Notes: generated by a model from the sequence alone, not told the origin. A stretch of 64,000 nt of DNA from Methanobacteriota archaeon (GCA_963769885.1 CAVYNH010000007.1:192001-256000); one strand, 5' to 3'. Counted from the first letter of the stretch, positions 47,346-58,240 are shown. Translations and numbers: made by a program.

Positions 47346-48527
47346 ATGGAAAGAAAAATTGTAGGCATGGCTATTTGTATGCTGATGATAGTCGCTGCCA
47401 TCGTACCAGCAGCAATGACGCGAGAGAACAGCAGCTCACAGCAGATGGATGCTGCTACCGCGGTACCCGAAACCGAAAACGGCTGTGGTTGCTTCGGTGA
47501 GTCGGTAGTCGCATGGGAGCAGCTGCCCGACATAAATGAAACGGGCATTGATATCTGCGTGGATCGCATCGAGGGGAATATTACCCGGATGATTGCGGAT
47601 GACTTCCGCTGTAATTCGACTGGGCCGCTCACCGATATCCATCTCTGGGGCTCCTGGTTGAATGATATCAAAGGGAATATCACTAAAATCCATCTGAGTA
47701 TCCACTCGGACATCCCTGTTGGACCAGGCCAGAATTATAGTATACCTGGTCAAGAGCTCTGGCAAAAGGATTTCTACCCTGGACAATTCACCGAGTGGTT
47801 ATACTACCAAGGGAGCAATTACCCAGAATGGTGGTGGGATCCCTGGACTGGCTTGCTGCTTCCCCATAATCACGTCAATATCTGGGAGTACGATATCACT
47901 GTTCCTGACAATCAGACGTTCAAGCAGAATGGGACCACGCAGAAGCCTGTCGTCTACTGGCTTGATGTCTATGTCGAGGTGCAGGGCGGACGATTTGGGT
48001 GGAAGACCTCGTGGCAGCACTGGAACGACGATGCAGTCTTATATAACAGTCAGCAACCCCCGCACTGGTTTGAGTTGCGGTACCCTGAACCGCATCCTAA
48101 TTATGGGAAGTCTATCGACATGGCATTCCGGATCACCAAGCCGAAATGCTGTTTCATACAGACGTGGCCAACATTGAAGCGAAAGCTCTTCATCGGGACA
48201 TTCCAGATTCCTGTCCTTAACATCTGCAATCAGAGCTTCCCCAGCGGTTCTGTGCGCGTCACGTGGACGTTCACAAACACAGGGCCTTCGAACATGATTT
48301 GTTTCCCGGCAAGCCCCTGGTTGGTTCCAACTACAGTTACAGCGACGAGAACCTTCATGCTCACATACTCGGGCAGTTGGGTGTCAGGGGGGACAGAACC
48401 CGTTAAGACTCCGATATTAATAGGGTTGCCGAGGAACTCTTTTATTGTCACCCTGCAGATAGATGACTGCCCACCAGAAGTCCACCACGGTGGAATGTTA
48501 TTCCTCTTTTTCGGCTGGTATCAGTGA
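47346..48527 (+). CDS. Secreted protein (ADDF.C...ITD.HLWGSW repeat-type domain) with C-terminal tail domain
   Basis: Signal peptide; WEQLPD, ADDFRC, GWKTS..HWNDDAV, DMAF; GGAGGAGG RBS. Confidence 0.75.
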   Translation: MERKIVGMAICMLMIVAAIVPAAMTRENSSSQQMDAATAVPETENGCGCFGESVVAWEQLPDINETGIDICVDRIEGNITRMIADDFRCNSTGPLTDIHLWGSWLNDIKGNITKIHLSIHSDIPVGPGQNYSIPGQELWQKDFYPGQFTEWLYYQGSNYPEWWWDPWTGLLLPHNHVNIWEYDITVPDNQTFKQNGTTQKPVVYWLDVYVEVQGGRFGWKTSWQHWNDDAVLYNSQQPPHWFELRYPEPHPNYGKSIDMAFRITKPKCCFIQTWPTLKRKLFIGTFQIPVLNICNQSFPSGSVRVTWTFTNTGPSNMICFPASPWLVPTTVTATRTFMLTYSGSWVSGGTEPVKTPILIGLPRNSFIVTLQIDDCPPEVHHGGMLFLFFGWYQ

Positions 48528-48612
48528 AAATTGATATCGCCTTCCCCCCCTTTTTTTTATCTTTTTTTATCTTAAATTCATTTCATGAATCATTTTCTGG
48601 AGATGATACCCC

Positions 48613-50514
48613 TTGATAGACCATCGACCGAAGAAAAGCAATCACCACGGATTTTTGATAATAGCAGTCGCCGTCGTCGTGTCGTTGACCTTGGTTTTGC
48701 CAACGGAGGCTGCTATAGTAGGCGAAAAAACACCCCGCCCGGGTCCGGTTCTGAATGAAATAAAAGAGTATCGAGTGATAAAACCACTAGCAGGGCGAGG
48801 CGACGACATTTTAATCTCAAATTCATCAGGCGATAATATTCTACCGAGTATCACAAAAGACGCAGCAGGCAATACCGTCGTTACCTGGACCAACCAACAG
48901 AACCCAACAACATGGAACATGGGAATCGCGTACTCCCCCACTCCTACAAATCCGATGTCTTGGACTGGTTATGTCATAACCTTACAAGGAACTACCAAGG
49001 TCTATTCCTCTGATACTGCCTACGTAAACGGTCCCGGCCCCAATGGATACCAAGGACTATATGGAGTCGACATATACTCTGACACTCAAAAAGTTGGTTA
49101 CTACCAAATTGCAGATATTACAACTGATCCAAACACCTGGCTCTTCTACTACAGGAATAACACAGCTGAAAATTCAACCTATGCAACTGTTGAAGATCAA
49201 GGTTACTACTCTGAACCCTATATGAACAATACCGGCCCGGTAAACATGTATATCTATCACTGGAATTCATCGGGTCATAACATCCCTGACTGTCCAATAT
49301 ACCTGCTATTTGACCCGTTCAAAAACTCATCTACCACATTCTTTGATGGGCAATCTCACCTCTGGACTGCACCTGCCAAAGACCCGGCCATGGCGATGAA
49401 ACCAAATTGGTTCCATCTTATTTGGCAATATCACAATGCAACCACGAATAAGGATCAGATTGTGTATAAGAAGATAAAACCGTCTGTAGAAGCAAACATC
49501 GAATCTACCCCCTATCAAATGTACATAGGGAATGGAACGAACCCTGCTATCACCTCTTATGTGAGCAGAATTTCAAATATTTCCAATCACACTGCGGTGG
49601 TCTATATCGCTGGCGGAGTGATCGTCGTCGTCACAACAAGAGATGATGCAGAGGAATTAAAATGGACACCTCCGGTCGTCATCGGACCAGGAGCGTTCCC
49701 CGATATCGTGGCAAGAGGTGACAAATTATATTGTGCATATGTCAATAATGGGAACCTCTATGTTACCATGTCAGCGGATGATGGGGGAAACTGGACGACA
49801 CCTGAACAAATCAATGATGTGAACGGCACAGTTTCCGCAGAAGAAAACGAAATTGACATACACTCTGCAGGCGTAGTATGGGTGGATACTAGAGGTGCAG
49901 ACAAGGAAATATACTATGCCCCTCTCCCTGGTTTGGCAAATGACCCACCGAACCCCCCAACCATCGATGGCCCAACAAGTGGAAATGCGGGGGCTCACTG
50001 TCAATATGGGTTTACTGCTTTAGACCCAAATGACGACAATGTCTCCTATTTCATCGATTGGGGCGACCACACAACTAGCGGCTGGCTTGGTCCCAACCCT
50101 TCAGGACAAGAAATAGTTGTCAACCATACCTGGACTCAAAAAGGTGCTTATACAATTGCCGCGAAAGCACAAGATATCTATGATGATGAAAGCAACTGGT
50201 CGACGTTCAACGTTTCTATGCATGGCCCACGGACGTTTCTCATTGGACTCATTCACAATTTGACTTTTTCAGGGGATTATATCACCTTCAATCCAACCTT
50301 GGTTCTGGCGGTATGGCTGTCTCCATTCAGTTTCACTACGTATGCTAGCGGGCAGATAATGATTTCAAAGAATCATACTGGAGTCTTGGGGAAACGGTTC
50401 ATCGTCGGTATGTTCAGCGTGACTGTGCTCACCAAATTTTCATTATCAAAATTTGACCACAATAGACATTCATCTTTTCCTCTGGTTTTCCCTCGAGAAA
50501 TCATAGACCTTTGA
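48613..50514 (+). CDS. Secreted protein with BNR/propeller-like region, PKD domain and C-terminal tail domain
   Basis: Signal peptide; SADDGGNW Asp-box; NDPPNPP.IDGP.SG...DP..D..SY.IDWGD. Confidence 0.75.
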   Translation: MIDHRPKKSNHHGFLIIAVAVVVSLTLVLPTEAAIVGEKTPRPGPVLNEIKEYRVIKPLAGRGDDILISNSSGDNILPSITKDAAGNTVVTWTNQQNPTTWNMGIAYSPTPTNPMSWTGYVITLQGTTKVYSSDTAYVNGPGPNGYQGLYGVDIYSDTQKVGYYQIADITTDPNTWLFYYRNNTAENSTYATVEDQGYYSEPYMNNTGPVNMYIYHWNSSGHNIPDCPIYLLFDPFKNSSTTFFDGQSHLWTAPAKDPAMAMKPNWFHLIWQYHNATTNKDQIVYKKIKPSVEANIESTPYQMYIGNGTNPAITSYVSRISNISNHTAVVYIAGGVIVVVTTRDDAEELKWTPPVVIGPGAFPDIVARGDKLYCAYVNNGNLYVTMSADDGGNWTTPEQINDVNGTVSAEENEIDIHSAGVVWVDTRGADKEIYYAPLPGLANDPPNPPTIDGPTSGNAGAHCQYGFTALDPNDDNVSYFIDWGDHTTSGWLGPNPSGQEIVVNHTWTQKGAYTIAAKAQDIYDDESNWSTFNVSMHGPRTFLIGLIHNLTFSGDYITFNPTLVLAVWLSPFSFTTYASGQIMISKNHTGVLGKRFIVGMFSVTVLTKFSLSKFDHNRHSSFPLVFPREIIDL

Positions 50515-52147
50515 TGTTGCCTTTGCTATCTAGCGTGATCTTCGCGGAGTGCGGGGTCGGCGGGAGTCCCGGCATAGTGGTGATCTTGCCGGTCATGGGG
50601 ACGAGGAACCCGGCGCCGGCGGAGAACTTAATCTCCCGGATCGTGATCTTGAAGCCGGTGGGCCTGCCGAGGAGCGCGGGATCGTCGGAAAGGGAGTACG
50701 GCGTCTTGGCGATGCAGATGGGGAGGCGGCCCAGGCCGAGTTCTTCGGCGAGTTTGACGTCGCTTTCCGCGGCGACCGTGTAGATGACGCGGTCGGCGCC
50801 GTACATAGTGATAGCGATGGTCTCGATCTTCTCCTTGATAGGGAGTTTTGGGTCGTAGAGCATCTTGAAGTGAGAGGGGGTGTTGTGGATGAGGCTGATG
50901 AGTTTTCCGGCGAGTTCGACGCCGCCTTCGCCGCCGTGGTCCCAGACTTCGACGGGAGCGACGGGGATGTGTTTCTGGTTGCAGTAGGCTTCGACGACGT
51001 CGATTTCCTGGTCGGTGTCGTCGAGGAAGCGGTTGATGGCGACGATGACCGGTACTTGGAAGCGGGCGATGTTCTCGAGGTGTTTTTCGAGGTTGGCGAA
51101 GCCTGCTTTGACGGCGTTGAGGTCGGTGCCGCCGCCGTGGCGTTTGAGGCCTTTGATCGTGACCACAAGAACGACCGCGTCGGGTTTGAGTTTGCCGGTG
51201 CGGCAGACGATATCGAAGAATTTCTCGGCGCCGAGTTCAGAGCCGAATCCGGCTTCGGTGACGAAGTAGTCGGCGAGCTTCAATCCAATGGTATCGGCGA
51301 GGAGGCTGTTGGTGCCGTGGGCGATGTTGGCGAAGGGGCCGCCGTGGACGAAGGCGGGGACGCCTTCGATGGTTTGGACGAGGTTTGGCATGATGGCGTC
51401 TTTGAGGAGGACGCTCATGGCGCCGACGGCGTTGAGCTCGGCGGCGGTGATTGGGGTGCTGGTGTAGGTGTAGGCGACGATGATGCGGCCGAGGCGTGTT
51501 TTGAGGTCTTTGAGGTCTTTGGCGAGGCACAGGATCGCCATGACCTCGGAGGCGGGTGTGATGGCGAATTCGACTTCGTGGGGGACGCCATCGCTGGGGC
51601 CGCCCAGGCCGATGACGGTGTTACGGAGGGCGCGGTCGCTGATGTCGAGGACGCGGGGCCAGACGATGTAGCGGGGGTCGATGTGGTAGGTGTTGCCGTA
51701 GTGGATGTGGTTGTCGACGAGGCTGGCGAGGAGGTTGTGGGCGCTGGTGATGGCGTGCATGTCGCCGGTGAAGTGGAGGTTGATGTCTTCCATGGGGAGG
51801 ACTTGGGCGTAGCCGCCGCCGGTGGCGCCGCCTTTCATGCCCATGATGGGGCCGAGGCTGGGTTCGCGGATGGCGAGCATGGTTTTTTTTGCGAGGTGTT
51901 GGAGTGCTTGGGCGAGGCCGATGGTGACGGTGGTTTTTCCTTCGCCGGCGGGGGTGGGGTTCATGGTGGTGACGAGGATGAGCTTGCCCTGTTTTTTATT
52001 AGCAAGTTTGGGGAGGATGTCGAGTTTTACTTTGGCTTTGTGTTCGCCCCAGCAGATGTAGTCGTCGGGGGTGAGGCCGGCTTTGGCGGCGATCTCGCTG
52101 ATGGGGAGGATGGTGCTGGTGCGGGCGATCTCGAGGTCGGATTTCAT
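50501..52147 (-). CDS. fhs: Formate-tetrahydrofolate ligase
   Basis: PTPAGEGKTT, KGGATGGGYAQV, NLHFTGD, HGGPFANIAHG, TEAGFG, TMPGLP. Confidence 0.97.
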   Translation of the reverse strand: MKSDLEIARTSTILPISEIAAKAGLTPDDYICWGEHKAKVKLDILPKLANKKQGKLILVTTMNPTPAGEGKTTVTIGLAQALQHLAKKTMLAIREPSLGPIMGMKGGATGGGYAQVLPMEDINLHFTGDMHAITSAHNLLASLVDNHIHYGNTYHIDPRYIVWPRVLDISDRALRNTVIGLGGPSDGVPHEVEFAITPASEVMAILCLAKDLKDLKTRLGRIIVAYTYTSTPITAAELNAVGAMSVLLKDAIMPNLVQTIEGVPAFVHGGPFANIAHGTNSLLADTIGLKLADYFVTEAGFGSELGAEKFFDIVCRTGKLKPDAVVLVVTIKGLKRHGGGTDLNAVKAGFANLEKHLENIARFQVPVIVAINRFLDDTDQEIDVVEAYCNQKHIPVAPVEVWDHGGEGGVELAGKLISLIHNTPSHFKMLYDPKLPIKEKIETIAITMYGADRVIYTVAAESDVKLAEELGLGRLPICIAKTPYSLSDDPALLGRPTGFKITIREIKFSAGAGFLVPMTGKITTMPGLPPTPHSAKITLDSKGNIKGL

Positions 52148-52239
52148 AAGGATTGGTGTTGGGAAGGGGTGGTGGGTATTTAAAAAAAACGATTGTTTTC
52201 TACTTGTTTAATCTCCCTTGAAGGTGTATTCAAGGGAGG

Positions 52240-52629
52240 TTACTGTGAGGATGATGGTTTTCGCATCGTCCAGAGCCGGTCCGGCAGGCTCGTGTAAATC
52301 GTGCCTCTCGCCCGGTGACCGACGACCGTTCCTTGGATAAACGGCTTGACTTCTTCCGCGATCGCCAGCCGCTGCAGGATCCAGAGGTGGATTCGCCATG
52401 TCCGCCCGTCGTGCAGGACGAACTCCTCCCGCTGGGACTTCACTAGGCCTCGCTCCTCGAGCAGATAGAACAATTTGCGGTCCGTGTTGTCGAGGAGGTT
52501 ATCCAAGACGCAGTCGTCGAACCCGAACAGATCCATGACGATGCCCGCAAACCGGTGCGCCTCCTCTGTGTTGATGGCGAGCCGTAGCTCGATAGCCTTT
52601 GCTAAAGAATGAATCGTGATAACCGGCAT
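52240..52629 (-). CDS. DUF6015-like winged-helix protein
   Basis: LFGF.D...DN.L...DR..FY.LEE.GL....EE..L..G..WRIH.W...IY..LP...W. Confidence 0.7.
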   Translation of the reverse strand: MPVITIHSLAKAIELRLAINTEEAHRFAGIVMDLFGFDDCVLDNLLDNTDRKLFYLLEERGLVKSQREEFVLHDGRTWRIHLWILQRLAIAEEVKPFIQGTVVGHRARGTIYTSLPDRLWTMRKPSSSQ

Positions 52630-52768
52630 TCCGCGTCAGAGCCCCCCGAAATCCATTAATACATGTTTTTATCTCAAGGTTTAAATAATTTTTGATTCCG
52701 TTTAAGAACAGGAGGGAGCCTTGGAGGGTGAACAAACCCTTAAATCACACGGACCGATTCCCAGCCCC

Positions 52769-53599
52769 ATGGCCCCGTTCACCGTCGCCTTAGCCAGCCT
52801 GCAGCCCCACATCGCGGACAAGAAACAAAACCTCGCCCTCATGCAGCGCACCCTGAAGAAGGTCAAGGCGGACATGTACATCTTCGGCGAGTTCTTCCTC
52901 ACCGGCGACCGGTGCAAGGACGAGTACCGGGACCTCGCCGAGCCGCTCACCGGGCCGACGCTCGCCGCCGTCTCAGAGCTCGCCCGTAAGCACAAATGCT
53001 ACATCATCACCGGCATGGCGCTTAAGGACGACAAGGTGCGAGGCCTCATCTACAACGGCGCCGTCCTGGCCCACCCCTCTGGAAGCCTGGATGCCTACCA
53101 CAAATGGTTCCTCCCCACCTTCGGGCCGTTCGAGGAGAAGATCTTCTTCGACCAAGGCGAAGACCTCAGGGTCTTCCCGACGTCCTTCGGCAAGGTCGGT
53201 CTCCTCGTCTGCTACGACGTCTTCTTCCCGGAGCTCGCCAAAGCCCTCGCGCTGCAGGGCGCGGACTTCATCGTCTACATCTCCGCGGCCCCCTCCGTGA
53301 GTCGCCCCTTCTTCGAAACCATCCTGCCCGCCCGCGCCATCGAGAACACCGTCTTTGTTGCCTACGCCAACCTCACCGGCACCCAGGAGGACCTGGTCCA
53401 CTGGGGCGGCTCGCAGCTCTACGGCCCTCTTGGCAAATGCCTCGTCAAGGCACCCTATTTCAAGGAAAGCGTCGTCACCTGCACCATCGACCTCGCCGAC
53501 GTCGAAGTCGCCCGCGCCCGACGACCAGTCCTCAGAGACATCAGACCAGAAATCTACCACAACCTCTACACCTTCGCACGGACCCATAAAAAACAATAG
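52769..53599 (+). CDS. Carbon-nitrogen hydrolase (nitrilase superfamily)
   Basis: Catalytic triad motifs FGE, YHK..LP and CYD..FPE; ARAIEN. Confidence 0.9.
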   Translation: MAPFTVALASLQPHIADKKQNLALMQRTLKKVKADMYIFGEFFLTGDRCKDEYRDLAEPLTGPTLAAVSELARKHKCYIITGMALKDDKVRGLIYNGAVLAHPSGSLDAYHKWFLPTFGPFEEKIFFDQGEDLRVFPTSFGKVGLLVCYDVFFPELAKALALQGADFIVYISAAPSVSRPFFETILPARAIENTVFVAYANLTGTQEDLVHWGGSQLYGPLGKCLVKAPYFKESVVTCTIDLADVEVARARRPVLRDIRPEIYHNLYTFARTHKKQ

Positions 53600-53702
53600 A
53601 CTCAGCCTCGGAATTTAGAAGTCATCCCGCCGTTTTCTCACCTGATTCCAAAAAGTAATATACAGACAAAAGATACAGACCCCAACGGTTACCAAACGAA
53701 CC

Positions 53703-54578
53703 ATGGGCGGGGCAACACCAGTGAAAAAAGAACAGGCATCCTTTATAAAAGAACTCGACCTCATCGCCGTCAAAATACGCAAACACGTCATCGAGATGCT
53801 CTACCGCGCCAAATCCGGCCACCCCGGCGGCAGCCTCAGCGCCGTCGACGCCATGGTCGCCCTCTACTTCCACCACATGCACATCACCCCCAACAACCCC
53901 CAGGATCCCACCCGCGACCGCTTCATCCTCAGCAAAGGACACGCTGCCCCCACCCTCTATGCCATCCTCGCCGAACTCGGCTACTTCCACACCAACGAAC
54001 TCCAATACCTCAGACAAATCAATCACATGCTCCAAGGCCACCCCGTCTGCACGCACATCCCCGGCGTTGAAGCCAGCACCGGCTCGCTCGGCCACGGCCT
54101 CTCCTTCGCCAACGGCGTCGCCCTCGCCGGCAGACTCGACCACAGAACCTACCGCGTCTACGTCCTCCTCGGCGACGGTGAAACCGACGAAGGCCAGATC
54201 TGGGAAGCCGCCGCAGCCGCCTCCCACTACAGACTCGACAACCTCTGCGCGCTCCTCGACCGCAACTACCTCCAGATCGACGGCAACACCGAAGACGTCA
54301 TGAAACTCGAATCCATCCGTAACCGCTGGGAAGCCTTCGGCTGGCACGTCCTCGAAGTCAACGGCCACAACATCGCCGAAATCGTCGACGCCCTCCTTTT
54401 GGCCAGCGACCTCAAACACCAGCCCACTATCATCATCCTCAACACCATCAAAGGCAAAGGCGTCAGCTTCATGGAAAACAACATCGACTTCCACGGCGTC
54501 GCCCCCAACGAGATGGAATACAAGCTCGCCATGAAAGAGCTCACCGCCCAACAAGAGGCACTCGAGGCCGCCCAATGA
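53703..54578 (+). CDS. Transketolase N-terminal subunit
   Basis: SGHPGGSLS, RDRFILSKGH, STGSLGHG, GDGE..EG..WEA, TIKGKG. Confidence 0.93.
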   Translation: MGGATPVKKEQASFIKELDLIAVKIRKHVIEMLYRAKSGHPGGSLSAVDAMVALYFHHMHITPNNPQDPTRDRFILSKGHAAPTLYAILAELGYFHTNELQYLRQINHMLQGHPVCTHIPGVEASTGSLGHGLSFANGVALAGRLDHRTYRVYVLLGDGETDEGQIWEAAAAASHYRLDNLCALLDRNYLQIDGNTEDVMKLESIRNRWEAFGWHVLEVNGHNIAEIVDALLLASDLKHQPTIIILNTIKGKGVSFMENNIDFHGVAPNEMEYKLAMKELTAQQEALEAAQ

Positions 54579-55525
54579 ACAAAAAAACCATGGCAAACCC
54601 CCGAGATGCCTACGGCGAGACTCTCGCCGAGATCGGCGGTAAATACCCCAACATCGTCGTCCTCGATGCTGACCTCTCCAAATCCACCAAGACCGTCTTG
54701 TTCGCCAAGAAATACCCGGACCGGTTCTTCGAAATGGGCATCGCAGAGGCAAACATGATTTCCACCGCTGCCGGTCTCGCCAGCACCGGAAAAATCGCCT
54801 TTGCCAGCACGTTCGCTGTCTTCGCCACCGGCCGCGTCTACGACCAGATCCGCATGGACGTCGCCTACAGCATGGCCAACGTCAAGATCTTCGCGACCCA
54901 CGGCGGCATCAGCGTCGGCAAAGACGGCGCCAGCCACCAGATGATCGAGGACATCGCCCTCATGCGCGTCCTCCCAAACATGACCGTCATCACCCCCAGC
55001 GACGCCCCGCAGACCCGCTGCCTCGTCGAGCTCATGGCACAAACTCCTGGGCCGATGTATGCCAGGGTCGGCCGCGCGAACGCCCCCATTATCTACAGTG
55101 CCGACAACCTCGCCGGCCTCAGACTCGGCAAAGGAATCATCACCCGTGACGGCGACAACCTCACGATCATCGCCTGCGGCACCATGGTAGACCAGGCCAT
55201 TGACGCCTACGCCAAACTCAAAGAAAAAGGCATCAACGCCCGCATCGTCGACATGCATACCATTAAGCCCCTCGACGAAGCCTTGGTCCTAGACTGTGCG
55301 AAGAAAACAAACGCCATCATCACCGTCGAGGAACACTCCATCATCGGCGGCCTGGGCAGTGCCGTCGCCGAAGTGCTCGCCGAGCACGCCTGCGCCATCC
55401 CCTTCACCAGGATCGGCGTCCGCGACGTCTTCTGTGAATCCGGGGAGCCCGAGGAGCTCCTCGACAAGTACCAGCTAAGCTCCCCCCACATAGTCGCCGC
55501 TGCCCAACGGCTCCTCAAGCACTAA
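54575..55525 (+). CDS. Transketolase C-terminal subunit
   Basis: LDADL..ST, GIAEANM, DGASHQ..ED, EEHS..GGLG. Confidence 0.93.
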   Translation: MNKKTMANPRDAYGETLAEIGGKYPNIVVLDADLSKSTKTVLFAKKYPDRFFEMGIAEANMISTAAGLASTGKIAFASTFAVFATGRVYDQIRMDVAYSMANVKIFATHGGISVGKDGASHQMIEDIALMRVLPNMTVITPSDAPQTRCLVELMAQTPGPMYARVGRANAPIIYSADNLAGLRLGKGIITRDGDNLTIIACGTMVDQAIDAYAKLKEKGINARIVDMHTIKPLDEALVLDCAKKTNAIITVEEHSIIGGLGSAVAEVLAEHACAIPFTRIGVRDVFCESGEPEELLDKYQLSSPHIVAAAQRLLKH

Positions 55526-55656
55526 CTACTTAAGGATTTCTCATACAACTGTTACCCGTTTTCAACAGACACTCCGATTGTTTTTAGGAGAGAACCGTCC
55601 AACAACCCTTTTATAGTTATATAGGGAATAAATATTACCCTCCAGTAGGCCTCCCT

Positions 55657-57657
55657 ATGGACCGCGAGAACTTCCCTTCCTATATACCAGCTGACAAGGA
55701 AATCCCGGAACTCACAGCACGGGCTATCCTCGTCGGCATCTTCCTCGCCATCGTCCTCGGAGCAGCCAACGCCTACCTCGGCCTCTACGCGGGCATGACC
55801 GTCTCCGCCATCATCCCCGGCGCCGTCATCGCCCTAGGCATCCTCAGACCCTTTAAACCAACTATCCTTGAAGTCAACATCGCCACCATGGGCGCCTCAG
55901 CCGGCGAATGCATCGCCGCCGGCGTCATCTTCACCATCCCCGCCCTGCTCTTGCTCGGCACCTGGTCTGAGATCAATTACCTGCAGACCACGATTATTTC
56001 CCTCGTCGGCGGAATGCTCGGCGTCTTCTGGATGGTGCCCCTCCGACGGGCCCTCGTGGTCAAAACAGACCTCCCGTTCCCGGAAGGCATCGCGGTCGCT
56101 GCCGTCCTCACCACCACGGTCGGGGGAAGAAAAAAAGATAAAAGAACCGCGCGCCTCAGCGGCATCTGGCTCGTCTACGGCGCCGTCATCGCCGCCCTCT
56201 TCAAATTCTTCCAGCTCACCCTTGTCCTTTTCCGCGAGACCGTGGACGGCATCGTCAACATCGGAAAATACGACATCGTCGGGAAAACCAGAGAAGCCTG
56301 GTTCTACGGAGGCACCACCCTCTCCCCAGCACTAGCCGCGGTCGGCTGGATCATCGGCCCGCAGATTTCCTCCTACGTCCTCGTCGGCGGCCTCATCGGC
56401 TGGGTCATCATCGCCCCGCTCATGATCCTTAGCAACGGACTCCCCGCTCCCCTCCCCGAATATTCAGGATTGGGGCCGCTCATTGGCGGATTCTACACCC
56501 TCTGGGGGAACCAAGTCCGCTACATCGGCGTGGGCACGATGCTTGTGGGTGGGCTCTGGGCGGTCTACTCGATCCGCAGCAACCTCGTCGAAAGCGTCCG
56601 CGAAGCCGTCATCGGCATCCGTTCTGGCGGCGGCCCCGCCAGGAAACGCACCGAACAGGACCTCAGCTACAAGCTCGTCTTCGTCGCCATCGGCCTGCTC
56701 ATCATCCCGACCTTCTTCCTGTACCAATGGCTCTCTGGACTCACCCTCGTTTCATTAATCATGGCAGTCCTAACCGTGTTTCTCGCATTCATCGCAAGCG
56801 CCCTCGCCGGATACCTGACCGGACTCGTAGGATCCTCGAACTGTCCCATCTCGGGGGTCACGGTCACGGTGCTGCTCATCGTCAGCCTCCTGTTGTTCGC
56901 CCTTGGAGTCCGCGGAGGCAATGGCATCGCGATCGCAATCTTCATCTGCGCTGTGGTCAGCATCGGCGCCTCAATCTCAGGCGATCTTCTGCAGACCATG
57001 GCGTCGGGGCAGATGATCGGGGCGACGCCACGGCGCCTGCAAATCTCCATGATCTTCGGCGTCATCACGGTCTCCGCAATAGTGGGCGTCATCGTCGGCG
57101 TCCTCAATCAAGCGTTCAAGATAGGGAGCCAGAAGCTACCCGCGCCTCAGGCGTTCCTCATGAAAGGCATCGCGGAGCAGTTCTTCGGAACCGGGGGAAA
57201 TGCGCTGCTGCCGTTCTTCATCGTCGGCGCGGTGCTCGCCTTCGTCCTTATCCTCATCAACCTGCCGGTGCTACCGGTTGCCATCGGCATCTACCTTCCC
57301 TTCACGTTGTCTGTCCCGATTTTTATCGGCGGGGTGACCCGCTATCTCCTTGACCGAAGCCTCATGAAACGCTACGGGAGCGCGGGAGAAGAAGAGCTGA
57401 CCGCCTGGGAGGCGGCAATCCAGGACACAGGTATCTCAGATAAGCAGAAGGCGATCCGCACTGGGCTGCTGTTCACCGCCGGCCTCGTCGCCGGCGAGGC
57501 GCTCATGGGCGTTGTCGCCGCCGTCCTCATCGTCCTCGGGTTGAACCTCGCGGTCTTCACGGACGCCCCAGTCTGGCCAGGGCTCCTGCTCTTCAGCTAC
57601 ATCTGCGTCATGCTCGTCTACATCCCCTTCCGAGTCCTGAAAAAAAAGAAAGCATAA
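55657..57657 (+). CDS. OPT-family oligopeptide transporter
   Basis: ANAYLGLYAG.TVSA.IP, LPFPEG.A, GSSNCPISG, GATP, LPAPQA, GL.AGEAL.G. Confidence 0.93.
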   Translation: MDRENFPSYIPADKEIPELTARAILVGIFLAIVLGAANAYLGLYAGMTVSAIIPGAVIALGILRPFKPTILEVNIATMGASAGECIAAGVIFTIPALLLLGTWSEINYLQTTIISLVGGMLGVFWMVPLRRALVVKTDLPFPEGIAVAAVLTTTVGGRKKDKRTARLSGIWLVYGAVIAALFKFFQLTLVLFRETVDGIVNIGKYDIVGKTREAWFYGGTTLSPALAAVGWIIGPQISSYVLVGGLIGWVIIAPLMILSNGLPAPLPEYSGLGPLIGGFYTLWGNQVRYIGVGTMLVGGLWAVYSIRSNLVESVREAVIGIRSGGGPARKRTEQDLSYKLVFVAIGLLIIPTFFLYQWLSGLTLVSLIMAVLTVFLAFIASALAGYLTGLVGSSNCPISGVTVTVLLIVSLLLFALGVRGGNGIAIAIFICAVVSIGASISGDLLQTMASGQMIGATPRRLQISMIFGVITVSAIVGVIVGVLNQAFKIGSQKLPAPQAFLMKGIAEQFFGTGGNALLPFFIVGAVLAFVLILINLPVLPVAIGIYLPFTLSVPIFIGGVTRYLLDRSLMKRYGSAGEEELTAWEAAIQDTGISDKQKAIRTGLLFTAGLVAGEALMGVVAAVLIVLGLNLAVFTDAPVWPGLLLFSYICVMLVYIPFRVLKKKKA

Positions 57658-57690
57658 CCACATCACCAATGAGGCATTGAAGAATCCGTT

Positions 57691-58074
57691 CTATGACTGC
57701 TTCTCGGTCAGTTCGTAAAGATTCCCTGCAACGTCCCGCACGAAAGACAAGGTTTTCTCTCCCCGCGGCACCGTGAAACACTCCACCCCATGCTCCTTGC
57801 ATGCTGTAAAAACCCTGGCGAGATTATCAACCTCAAGCCCCACATGCAGATACCCGATGGCCGCCGTCGACGACGTAATGAACGCCTCCACCCTCATATG
57901 CCCATTGTCATAAACGAGGACCTCGACCGCCCCAGACGCCCTGAAGATCAGGGACGACAGCTCAGAGGACACGGAGAACGACCGCGTCCGCGGCACCCCA
58001 AGAATCGTGCAAAAGAACACGTCCGCATCCCGCCGACTCCGGCAGGGAACCCCAAAATGACTCACCGACACCAT
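57691..58074 (-). CDS. VOC/glyoxalase family protein
   Basis: H.G...FF..ILG, VE.F, H.GLEV, FVRD..GNLYEL. Confidence 0.8.
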   Translation of the reverse strand: MVSVSHFGVPCRSRRDADVFFCTILGVPRTRSFSVSSELSSLIFRASGAVEVLVYDNGHMRVEAFITSSTAAIGYLHVGLEVDNLARVFTACKEHGVECFTVPRGEKTLSFVRDVAGNLYELTEKQS

Positions 58075-58240
58075 ACCCCACCCATACCCTTCCACCGTAC
58101 ATAAACATGAGCATAAAAAAACGGACTACGAAACGAGAAAGAAAGGGGGATGGCAGATCCTCACCACGAATCAACCACGACTCGAAGACACTCCCATCCA
58201 GATCCGAAACAACAAATTCTTGGACTTCTCAGATAACCAT

